Source: an uncultured bacterium
Lineage (GTDB): Bacteria; JAJVIF01; JAPKYR01
NCBI GenBank assembly: GCA_965369865.1
Contig: CBDURU010000103.1
Coordinates: 1 to 12,761 of the forward strand
Direction of reading: 5' to 3'
DNA length: 12,761 nt
Shown here piece by piece: positions 1 to 7,320 of this stretch. Below the pieces are notes generated by a model. The model had not been told where the DNA came from. It searched no databases and was given only the letters and a program-made list of their open reading frames with translations. The translations under genes and the position numbers were made by a program. Numbering within the stretch: position 1 is the first letter of the stretch; each line of letters opens with the position of its first letter.

Positions 1-30
1 CCTGGAACCCCACTATTTTCAACTATAAAA

Positions 31-56
31 GGGACAACCTCAAGCAGGTGTCCCCG
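31..56. repeat. Repeat D hairpin (GGGACA...TGTCCC)
   Basis: GGGACAACCT-caagc-AGGTGTCCC. The 15-mer AAGCAGGTGTCCCCG (42-56) recurs at 12144-12158. Confidence 0.7.
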
Positions 57-96
57 ACCTTAAAATATTCCTGTATCATTCCCCTATGTACATGTA

Positions 97-139
97 CGAC
101 ATAAATCAATGCCCAATATGTCCAATCAATTTTTGTTTA
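97..139. repeat. Repeat C copy 1 (AT-rich)
   Basis: 37/43 ungapped identity to 4734-4776, including the exact 24-mer ATATGTCCAATCAATTTTTGTTTA (116-139). Confidence 0.85.
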
Positions 140-267
140 ACGGAATTAGCCTAAAAGCAATTTCAAGAAAAAAATATAGGAATGCATATTGAGAGCCTTT
201 TCATTACTCTGAATCTTGTTAAAACCATAAGTCCAATCTACAATGACTTACTTAGAGGATAAATCCT

Positions 268-1968
268 ATGCCACCAGATGAACCGACACCGGGTCTCGAT
301 TTCATACGGACCATCATCGCGGAAGATGTGAAAAATAATAAAAACGACGGACGCGTCATAACCCGTTTCCCGCCCGAGCCGAACGGGTATTTTCATATCG
401 GCCACGCAAAATCCATCGTCCTCAATTTCGGCCTTGCTAGGGAGTACGATAAGGGCGTCTGCCATTTGCGTTTCGACGACACCAACCCAATCAAGGAAGA
501 GGCCGAATACGTTGAAGCAATAAAAAAGGACATCCGTTGGCTGGGATACGATTGGGGCGACAAGCTGTTCCATGCTTCGGACTATTTTGGGCAACTTTAC
601 GAATGGGCAATAGACCTGGTTAAAAAAGGCAAGGCATTTGTCTGCGATCTTTCAGCGGATGAGGTCCGTAAAACACGGGGTACTCTCACTGGGCCGGGAA
701 CTGAAAGCCCTTATCGAAACCGTTCTATTGAAGAAAATATCGACCTGTTCCAGCGCATGAAAGCCGGGGAATTCGAGGATGGCTCGCGAACCCTCCGCGC
801 GAAAATCGATATGTCTCACGGGAATCTGAACATGCGCGACCCGGTGATGTACCGCATTCTCCGGGCGACCCATCACAGAACCGGCGATGTATGGTGTATT
901 TACGCGACCTATGACTGGGCACACGGGCAGTCCGACTCAATTGAAGGGATCACTCATTCCCTGTGCAGCCTGGAATTTGAGGATCACCGCCCGTTGTATG
1001 ACTGGTTCCTCGACCAGCTTGAGGTCCATCACCCGCAGCAGATCGAATTCGCCCGGCTTAATATCAGCTTTACAATTCTGAGCAAACGCAAGCTGATCCA
1101 GATCGTCCAGGGTAATTATGTCAACGGCTGGGACGACCCCCGTATGCCTACACTTTCAGGTCTTCGTCGACGAGGATATACTCCCGAATCGATTCGCGAT
1201 TTCCAGGGTCGGATCGGACTGGCTAAGCGCGAAAGTATTGTCGATGTCGCCATGCTGGAGCACTGCCTTCGCGAGGATTTGAATAAAAGGGCGCCAAGAT
1301 TTATGGCTGTGTTGCATCCGTTGAAAGTTGTGATCACGAATTATCCCGAGGGCCAGGATGAGGAACTTGATGCGGTAAACAATCCTGAGGATCCCGATGC
1401 CGGCATGCGCAAAATTCCGTTTTCCAAAGAAATTTATATCGAGCGTGATGACTTTCGCGAAGACCCTCCGAAAAAATTCTACCGCCTCGCGCCAGGACGG
1501 GAAGTTCGTCTCCGGTATGCATTTTTCATCACCTGCACTGATGTTATCAAGGATGGTAACGGGGAGATTACAGAACTGCATTGCACCTACGATCCTGAAA
1601 CACGCGGCGGTTCGGCTCCGGACGGAAGGAAAGTCAAGGCGACGATGCACTGGGTTTCGGCGAAGAATTCAATTGGCGCCGAAGTCCGGCTGTATGAACA
1701 TCTTTTTACGATTGAAGACACATCCGATGTCGAAGAAGGCAAAAATTTCCTGGATTATATAAATCCAAACGCACTTGAAGTTCTGACCGGGTGCCGTCTC
1801 GAACCTGCCCTGGCAGAAAAAGAGCCGGGATTCCTGTGCCAGTTCGAACGGCTTGGTTATTTCTGTGTCGACCCGGATGCTACAGATGAGAAACATGTAT
1901 TTAACAGATCCGTAACCCTGCGCGATACATGGGCGAAAATCCAGAAACAGCAGCAGCGAAAAGGTTAG
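268..1968 (+). CDS. glnS: Glutamine--tRNA ligase (GlnRS)
   Basis: 566 aa. [15 protein letters not shown] (HIGH motif), [33 protein letters not shown] (KMSKS-equivalent), [17 protein letters not shown] and C-terminal [17 protein letters not shown] upstream. Confidence 0.97.
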   Translation: MPPDEPTPGLDFIRTIIAEDVKNNKNDGRVITRFPPEPNGYFHIGHAKSIVLNFGLAREYDKGVCHLRFDDTNPIKEEAEYVEAIKKDIRWLGYDWGDKLFHASDYFGQLYEWAIDLVKKGKAFVCDLSADEVRKTRGTLTGPGTESPYRNRSIEENIDLFQRMKAGEFEDGSRTLRAKIDMSHGNLNMRDPVMYRILRATHHRTGDVWCIYATYDWAHGQSDSIEGITHSLCSLEFEDHRPLYDWFLDQLEVHHPQQIEFARLNISFTILSKRKLIQIVQGNYVNGWDDPRMPTLSGLRRRGYTPESIRDFQGRIGLAKRESIVDVAMLEHCLREDLNKRAPRFMAVLHPLKVVITNYPEGQDEELDAVNNPEDPDAGMRKIPFSKEIYIERDDFREDPPKKFYRLAPGREVRLRYAFFITCTDVIKDGNGEITELHCTYDPETRGGSAPDGRKVKATMHWVSAKNSIGAEVRLYEHLFTIEDTSDVEEGKNFLDYINPNALEVLTGCRLEPALAEKEPGFLCQFERLGYFCVDPDATDEKHVFNRSVTLRDTWAKIQKQQQRKG

Positions 1969-1988
1969 GGAAAACCGATCATAAATGA

Positions 1989-2017
1989 TTGCTTCCGTAA
2001 AACTTTGGATGTATATT
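1989..2017 (+). promoter_or_regulatory. Putative sigma70 promoter for hicBA
   Basis: TTGCTT (1989-1994), 17-nt spacer, TATATT (2012-2017), about 30 nt upstream of hicB. Confidence 0.5.
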
Positions 2018-2048
2018 TGGATTACTGGAACCAGCGTTTACGAGGTTA

Positions 2049-2255
2049 ATGATGAAAATTAAAGTTATAATCCATGAAGCAGAAGAAGGTGGGTACTGGG
2101 CAGAAGTGCCTGCAATTTCAGGGTGTGCGACTCAGGGTGATACGTTTGAAGAACTGCTTCAGAATATTTACGAAGCTGTTGAAGGATGCCTGTCAATTGA
2201 TATAGATCCTTCCATTATTTCAGATAATCAAAAGGTAATTGAAATTGCCATATGA
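2049..2255 (+). CDS. hicB: Type II TA antitoxin, HicB family (short form)
   Basis: 68 aa with the HicB signature EEGGYWAEVPAISGCATQGDTFEELLQNIYEAV. No C-terminal HTH/RHH domain evident. GAGG RBS; the start may be 2052. Confidence 0.9.
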   Translation: MMKIKVIIHEAEEGGYWAEVPAISGCATQGDTFEELLQNIYEAVEGCLSIDIDPSIISDNQKVIEIAI

Positions 2256-2461
2256 AATCTGTCTCAGGGAAAGAGTTTGCCAGAATCCTGGAAAAAAATG
2301 GCTGGGAACTTAGAAGAATTAAAGGCAGTCATCATATCTTTTGCAAAAAGGGCATCGATGTCAGGATTTCAGTGCCAGTTCACGGTAATAAGATATTAAA
2401 AGCCGGTTTACTGAAGCACCTGTTAAAATTATCTGAGCTTAGTGAAGATGAGTTAAAATAA
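2252..2461 (+). CDS. hicA: Type II TA toxin, HicA family mRNA interferase
   Basis: 69 aa, basic. SGKEFARILEKNGW, RIKGSHHIF (catalytic His), ISVPVHGNK, GLLKHLLK. ATGA overlap with hicB. Confidence 0.92.
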   Translation: MKSVSGKEFARILEKNGWELRRIKGSHHIFCKKGIDVRISVPVHGNKILKAGLLKHLLKLSELSEDELK

Positions 2462-2496
2462 TCCAGAAGCTCTGGTTAAGCCGTGGAGGATTTTAT

Positions 2497-3072
2497 ATGA
2501 AAGTAGTCTCAATTCTAGGTAGTCCGCGTAAAAAAGGGAACACAGCGAAGGTCCTTGATTGTATCGCGGATGAGCTGAGAAATAATGGGCATATAGTAAA
2601 ACAGATAGTACTTAATGATCTGGATGTCAGGGGTTGCCAGGCCTGTATGGCATGCAAACAATTCCCCGATGAGCCTGCCTGCGTTCAAAATGACGATGCG
2701 GGGGAAATATTCGAGAAAATGATCGACGCCGATGCGATTATCCTGTCTACTCCACTCTTCTGCTGGGGCTTTTCATCTCAGTTGAAAGCACTTATCGACC
2801 GCTCGATCTGCCTTGTCACCGGCTACGGCGCTCCCAATTTCAAATCACTTGTTGCGGGTAAAAAATTCGCGCTTGTCGCCACGTCCGGCGGTCCGTTAGA
2901 GAACAACCTGGATATCCTTAAAACACCCTGGAAGCATGATATGAAATTCCTCGGGGCTGTCAATGGTGGTGAGTTCATGGTGCCTGGTTGCGTCAATGCC
3001 GGGGTGGATGAAAATATCACGTCGGAAATTGTCGAGGATGCCAAAATTTTCGCACGGGAATTAGCAAAGTAA
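2497..3072 (+). CDS. Flavodoxin family / iron-sulfur flavoprotein (NADPH-dependent FMN reductase-like)
   Basis: GSPRKKGNT FMN-binding loop, CQACMAC-x8-C cluster motif, ADAIILSTP...QLKALIDR. GGAGGA RBS. Confidence 0.88.
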   Translation: MKVVSILGSPRKKGNTAKVLDCIADELRNNGHIVKQIVLNDLDVRGCQACMACKQFPDEPACVQNDDAGEIFEKMIDADAIILSTPLFCWGFSSQLKALIDRSICLVTGYGAPNFKSLVAGKKFALVATSGGPLENNLDILKTPWKHDMKFLGAVNGGEFMVPGCVNAGVDENITSEIVEDAKIFARELAK

Positions 3073-3106
3073 ATCCGTCAGAGTTTCTATTTCTATTTCG
3101 GTAATT

Positions 3107-3134
3107 GCACTCCCTAACAGTCGTGCCTCTGTTA
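3107..3134. repeat. Repeat A copy 1 (REP-like, 28 bp)
   Basis: GCACTCCCTAACAGTCGTGCCTCTGTTA, 26/28 identical to 4885-4912, with an internal GCAC...GTGC palindrome. Confidence 0.85.
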
Positions 3135-3157
3135 TCTGCTCATTTCCCATCCCCGCA

Positions 3158-3221
3158 TGGCGGCGACACGCTGAGTGAGACATGCAGAATAACCAAATCT
3201 GGGAATTCTCCGTGTCGACGA
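3158..3221. repeat. Repeat B copy 1 (divergent core)
   Basis: TGGCGGCGACACGCTGAGTGAGACAT (26 nt identical to B3), a different 20-nt core, then AATTCTCCG and TGTCGACG. The ends pair as CGACACG/CGTGTCG. Confidence 0.85.
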
Positions 3222-3399
3222 GGGGAATTCTCGACAGCCTGAACGAATTGCTTGAGACCAATTCTATTTGAAAGTGTTTTTTTCAAACTTCGCGGACAAG
3301 GCATTTTTCCCTTGATACGCAATGGTAAAGTCAGGTTTATCACCAGAGTAAAATGCCATGTACCCGTGATTTATACAATTTCAAATTGATTTCCATTTC

Positions 3400-4407
3400 T
3401 CAGAGGATTGTATCACCACAGGTATAGGTGTATCCCAATTCATATGTGTATGCTCCAAGCCCGTGGAGGCTTTTTTCGAGCAGGAATTCAAACTCGCTGT
3501 CGGGCTCAAGTATTCCACTTTCAATAAGTGAGGGGATCTGTCGAAAATAAAACTCCAGAGTATCGCGGAATTCCTCCACAACCGGCAGCCATTCATCTTC
3601 ACATAAAGGCTGAGTGGGATCTCCCGCGCCCCATGATACGGTGAAAACTTCGGCGACCGGGTCGATTTGGATGTTCCAGCGATCTTCGGGCATGCCGGAA
3701 AATATTCCAAGATAGATATCCGGATTATTTTCATCAGTGGCGTCCGGGGTTATTACCTGTAAATTTATCGGCCCATATAATGTGTAACCCCTCCCCATCT
3801 GACCGCCATACACAAACTGACGACCGATTGTGAACTGGACGCTGAACAGTTGCGAGTGCGCGCTAGGTACAAAGTAACCATCGCGCAGCATTTCCATATC
3901 TTCCCTTAAGGACGAACGGTTCTCCTCATTCTCCAGATCAATCAATTCCCAGAACTCATCGTTTTCGATAAGCTCACCGCATATCGCCTGGAGCCTGGTC
4001 CATAGGTCCGCATATTCCGGAGGAAGGCAGGTGATGTCGATAATCTCATCTCCTGGCTCTCCCCCATAACCATTACTGATTTCAAGAACATCACTACCCC
4101 AATTATATGGACTGTCACTGTTGTTTATGGAAATCCTTGCAGTGTTGTATTCATCTTCGGGGCTAAATGAAATTGAAACGCAGAGACCATCACCAACGAT
4201 TTTTACTGAGTTCATCGACACCGATCTCATACCGCCTTCGTGATAAGTCAGTTCAAGCTCGGTGCCATCAGAGGTGATAATTATGGCACTCGCGGGCGGC
4301 AAACCGCACACACCTCCGCTGCATTGGGCATACAGGGGAGTTTCATTGCAGAACGTCAACAGGGCAGTTAAACAAAGCAGGGAGACCAGTAATTTTTTTT
4401 CTCTCAT
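3400..4407 (-). CDS. Hypothetical secreted acidic protein (335 aa from revised start)
   Basis: The ORF track starts at 4482, but ATG 4407 follows a strong TAGGAGG RBS and begins a signal peptide (MREKKLLVSLLCLTALLTFC...PLYA|Q). The mature part is D/E-rich and starts QCSGGVCGLP. No family recognised. Confidence 0.75.
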   Translation of the reverse strand: MREKKLLVSLLCLTALLTFCNETPLYAQCSGGVCGLPPASAIIITSDGTELELTYHEGGMRSVSMNSVKIVGDGLCVSISFSPEDEYNTARISINNSDSPYNWGSDVLEISNGYGGEPGDEIIDITCLPPEYADLWTRLQAICGELIENDEFWELIDLENEENRSSLREDMEMLRDGYFVPSAHSQLFSVQFTIGRQFVYGGQMGRGYTLYGPINLQVITPDATDENNPDIYLGIFSGMPEDRWNIQIDPVAEVFTVSWGAGDPTQPLCEDEWLPVVEEFRDTLEFYFRQIPSLIESGILEPDSEFEFLLEKSLHGLGAYTYELGYTYTCGDTIL

Positions 4408-4661
4408 TTCATTCCTCCTATGGGGCAGTTTCAAATCATTATAAACCTGATTGAAGTAAGTAGCTATCTCGTCCCCAATCATTCAGGGAGAACCCGCGCA
4501 TGTTATGATGTAAAAGATGTATCTAATGGCTGAAATTTTCGTCCAACCGCCAATTGTTATAGATTAATCCTCCAATATATGGCAATAACTGTAACGGGAC
4601 TTACTGTGATGCAAATGTTCCGGATAAAGGACAGTTGGTTATAAAATCGGTCTTTATATGG

Positions 4662-4738
4662 GTGGCGTTGACACGCTGAGTGAGACATCTCCATCCCGCA
4701 AGCTTCGAAATTCTCCGGGTCGAACGTGCTTGTCGACG
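4662..4738. repeat. Repeat B copy 2 (77 bp)
   Basis: 74/77 identical to 4798-4874 (period 136 nt). The ends CGTTGACA/TGTCGACG can pair. Confidence 0.95.
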
Positions 4739-4776
4739 TACATCAATTCTAGATATGTCCAATCAATTTTTGTTTA
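4734..4776. repeat. Repeat C copy 2 (between B2 and B3)
   Basis: The exact 24-mer at 4753-4776 matches 116-139. Confidence 0.85.
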
Positions 4777-4797
4777 TCTAAAATAACAACTAAACGC

Positions 4798-4874
4798 GTG
4801 GCGGCGACACGCTGAGTGAGACATCTCCATCCCGCAAGTTTCGAAATTCTCCGGGTCGAACGTGCTTGTCGACG
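4798..4874. repeat. Repeat B copy 3 (77 bp)
   Basis: Direct repeat of 4662-4738, followed 10 nt later by repeat A copy 2. Confidence 0.95.
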
Positions 4875-4884
4875 AATCAAAGGC

Positions 4885-4912
4885 GCACTCCCTGACGGTC
4901 GTGCCTCTGTTA
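4885..4912. repeat. Repeat A copy 2 (REP-like, 28 bp)
   Basis: GCACTCCCTGACGGTCGTGCCTCTGTTA, a direct repeat of 3107-3134. Confidence 0.85.
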
Positions 4913-4960
4913 CGGGTTCTCAACCAAACCTTTCCACGTGTAAGATGTCTTATTACATTG

Positions 4961-4966
4961 TATAAT
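4961..4966 (+). promoter_or_regulatory. Possible -10 box for the HD-GYP operon
   Basis: Perfect TATAAT 28 nt before ATG 4995. No convincing -35 and no clear SD. Confidence 0.35.
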
Positions 4967-4994
4967 CTTTCTATTAACTGACGATTTTATATAT

Positions 4995-6281
4995 ATGCCC
5001 GACGGAAACGGAAAACATAACGGTGAATGGAACCCGAGCCTCCTCGGTGATCAATACGATATCTTCGAGGACATCGTAAAGGCGCTCAGCCTCACTATGG
5101 ACCTTGTCGAGCAGGCGACCCATCAGCATGCCCAGAGAGTGGCGGGTATCGCTATCAACCTCGGGCGGAAAGTAAAACTCTCCGACTCATACCTCCGCGA
5201 TGTCTACTACGCAGGGCTTCTCCATGATATCGGGCAGATCGGCACTCCCGACAACATCCTCCGCAAAAAAGGCTCCCTTACACTCAGGGAGAAAGCGGCG
5301 ATATACGGCCATCCGCGTGTCGGCTTTGAAATCGTCCATGAGATCCCCACCCTGGACTCGTCCGCACACCTGATCCGGTGGCACCATGAACGCTGGGACG
5401 GCACCGGGTATCCCGACGGGCTAAGATGGGAGGGAATCCCCGATGGCGCCCAGGTTCTGACCGCCTCGGACACACTCGACGCTCTCCTGTCGCAAAGGCC
5501 GTGGCGTCCAGCGCTCCCTCCGGACGAAGCTATCAGCGAATTAAGGAAATTTTCAGGAATCCAGTTCCACCCCGATCATGTTGAGGTCCTTGTAGATCTC
5601 ATCGATGAACGGGGTGTCGATAAAATCGGGGACATCGACGATCGAGCCAGGAATATTCTCAAGGTTGAAACCGAGCATCACCCGCAGTTCAAAAGGCTTA
5701 CAGGCGGACGAATCCTCGGTATCTTCGATCTCTTCTCGCGGATAATCGACGCGAGGCATAAATATACGCGCGGGCATTCACGGCGAGTCGCTAATCTCGC
5801 GCGCGAAATCGGTAAGGAACTCGGGTTTGAGAGCGAGCAGTTATTCAAGCTCGAAATTTCGGGGCTTTTGCATGAGGCCGGAAAAGTCGCTGTTTCATCC
5901 GCGATCGTCGACAAGGCCGGGAAACTTACCGATGATGAACGTGAGATAATGATGGAATATCCCCTCGCCAGCGAAAAAATCATGTCGAGTATCCGCAGCC
6001 TTGAAGAACTTGGGGAGGTCGTCCGCCACCAGCACGAGAGATTCGATGGCTCCGGTTATCCCGATAAACTCGAGGGTGAGAAGATCCCCATATTCTCAAG
6101 GATCATCGCCGTCGCGGACACCTACGACGCGATGGCTTCCCACCGCTCATACCGTAAAGCCCTGCCACTTGAAAGGATCCTGAGGGAGATGCAGAAAGAT
6201 TTCGGCTCGGGCAGGCTCGATCCGGGCCTGGCGGGCATCGAGGAAATTATCTTTCGCGATAAGGATGGTGGCAGAAAATGA
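4995..6281 (+). CDS. Tandem HD-GYP domain protein (cyclic dinucleotide phosphodiesterase family)
   Basis: Domain 1: HAQRV, LLHDIGQ, HP, HHERWDGTGYP, DTLDA. Domain 2: HSRRV, LLHEAGK, YP, QHERFDGSGYP, ADTYDAM, RSYR. No sensor domain. Confidence 0.92.
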   Translation: MPDGNGKHNGEWNPSLLGDQYDIFEDIVKALSLTMDLVEQATHQHAQRVAGIAINLGRKVKLSDSYLRDVYYAGLLHDIGQIGTPDNILRKKGSLTLREKAAIYGHPRVGFEIVHEIPTLDSSAHLIRWHHERWDGTGYPDGLRWEGIPDGAQVLTASDTLDALLSQRPWRPALPPDEAISELRKFSGIQFHPDHVEVLVDLIDERGVDKIGDIDDRARNILKVETEHHPQFKRLTGGRILGIFDLFSRIIDARHKYTRGHSRRVANLAREIGKELGFESEQLFKLEISGLLHEAGKVAVSSAIVDKAGKLTDDEREIMMEYPLASEKIMSSIRSLEELGEVVRHQHERFDGSGYPDKLEGEKIPIFSRIIAVADTYDAMASHRSYRKALPLERILREMQKDFGSGRLDPGLAGIEEIIFRDKDGGRK

Positions 6282-7246
6282 CTGTCCCTTTCAAATCGCG
6301 AGCTCTCGATAAAATCTCATACAAGCCGGAACTGTCCGCATCGATGGTCTACCGTGAACTTGAGAGATACCACATTGAAACAATCTTCGATCCCCTTTCG
6401 TCGACCAGCGGTACCGCTGGATATTTCAAGCTGCAGAATATGCGTGTCATCTCGAACGATCTTTCGCTGTTCACCTACGTTAAGGGCAAGGCATTATGGG
6501 AAAATAATTTATTTACAATTCCGGACGAGCTTGCCGGCAGGTTAACCGATGAGAATGCGGACCGCCCGGAACCATACCATTACAAGACGCTTGGTATCGG
6601 CTGGCTCGACCCCGAGCAGCGTAAGTGGCTTGAGTATTGGCGAACGGTGATTAATGAAACCTGGGATGATTACGAGAGAGCACTGTCGGAAACTGCCGTA
6701 TGCCTTGTTGTCGATCACTGGATTACAAAAAAACGCTTTGAATCCGTTTCCACCTGGTCGCCTGTCGATCTTCTCGGTTTTTATATCAACCATGTAAACC
6801 GCAACGTTCTGGATAACCATGAATCAAACGAGATGTGGCGGACCGATCCGAAAGAATTGACCGGTAAAGTTATCGCGGATGTTTTTTTCATCAACCCCCC
6901 GCCATTGAAGGGGTATTCGACCTTCGGTGTGAGGGAGCAGATTCTCGAAAGCTGGTTGAGGGGAATGAGCGACTTCCCGCTTGAGAAAATCGCTCCGAAA
7001 GGCGAGCTTGGAAGCGGTTTCGGCAGCGTTAACACGTACATCGAAGCCTTAAACGATCTTCTCCATGCAGCGGACCATATTCCCATCTGGGCATTTGCAT
7101 TATCAAACCGGCAGCCCTTCACAAGGCTTGAATTCAATTCTGTAATCAGCGATCACCACAGGAATACCAGGGAAGTCGATCTTAAGATCGCAAGCCATTT
7201 CTTCACCCTTCGGGCACCGGATTCGGTACTGATCGCGGTGAAATGA
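6278..7246 (+). CDS. Adenine-specific DNA methyltransferase-like protein (D12/FokI-type), degenerate motifs
   Basis: TIFDPLSSTSG (motif I-like), YFK...RVISND...YVKGKALWENN, DNHESNE and ADVFFINPPP (motif IV-like) follow the alpha-class N6-adenine MTase layout. ATGA overlap with the HD-GYP gene. Confidence 0.65.
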   Translation: MTVPFKSRALDKISYKPELSASMVYRELERYHIETIFDPLSSTSGTAGYFKLQNMRVISNDLSLFTYVKGKALWENNLFTIPDELAGRLTDENADRPEPYHYKTLGIGWLDPEQRKWLEYWRTVINETWDDYERALSETAVCLVVDHWITKKRFESVSTWSPVDLLGFYINHVNRNVLDNHESNEMWRTDPKELTGKVIADVFFINPPPLKGYSTFGVREQILESWLRGMSDFPLEKIAPKGELGSGFGSVNTYIEALNDLLHAADHIPIWAFALSNRQPFTRLEFNSVISDHHRNTREVDLKIASHFFTLRAPDSVLIAVK

Positions 7247-7269
7247 GAACAAAAAAAGGGACACAACAG

Positions 7270-7299
7270 AAAAAAAGGGACACCAAACCTGGTGTCCCT
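7270..7299 (-). terminator. Intrinsic terminator between convergent operons (repeat D-type hairpin)
   Basis: Perfect 10-bp stem AGGGACACCA-aacc-TGGTGTCCCT (7276-7299), followed on the minus strand by a T run (A7 on plus). It lies 21 nt after the small ORF stop. Confidence 0.7.
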
Positions 7300-7320
7300 G
7301 ATCGATAACTATTTTTTCTG

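Noticed and set aside
3084..3099. TTTCTA short tandem repeat as a phase-variation tract
   Set aside because: Fewer than three units, located downstream of a stop codon and not in a promoter or CDS.
3140..3343. Short minus-strand ORFs (67 aa here, and 66 aa at 3061-3261)
   Set aside because: They run across non-coding repeats (B, and A for the 66-aa ORF) and show no recognisable motif.
3267..3357. Inverted repeats TTTGAAA/TTTCAAA and GGCATTTT/AAAATGCC as a riboswitch or ncRNA
   Set aside because: They lie between convergent 3' ends, the stems are short and AT-rich, and no known aptamer motif is recognised; at most weak terminators.
4408..4482. N-terminal 25 aa of the 360-aa ORF call
   Set aside because: ATG 4407 has the strong SD and begins the signal peptide; ATG 4482 lacks a comparable SD.
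4483..4573. Minus-strand GGAGG followed by an ATA-started 25-codon frame ending in TGA, in frame with the orphan gene (readthrough, selenocysteine or pseudogene)
   Set aside because: No canonical start, no recognisable SECIS or homology, and the downstream gene has its own RBS.
4662..4874. B2-spacer-B3 as a CRISPR array
   Set aside because: The repeats are 77 bp, there are only two adjacent units, the 59-nt spacer itself contains repeat C, and no cas genes are present.
3107..4912. Integron cassette with attC sites
   Set aside because: No convincing RYYYAAC...GTTRRRY-bounded palindrome and no integrase in the window.
6278..7246. Functional restriction-modification system
   Set aside because: No endonuclease or specificity gene is adjacent, and the MTase catalytic motifs are degenerate.
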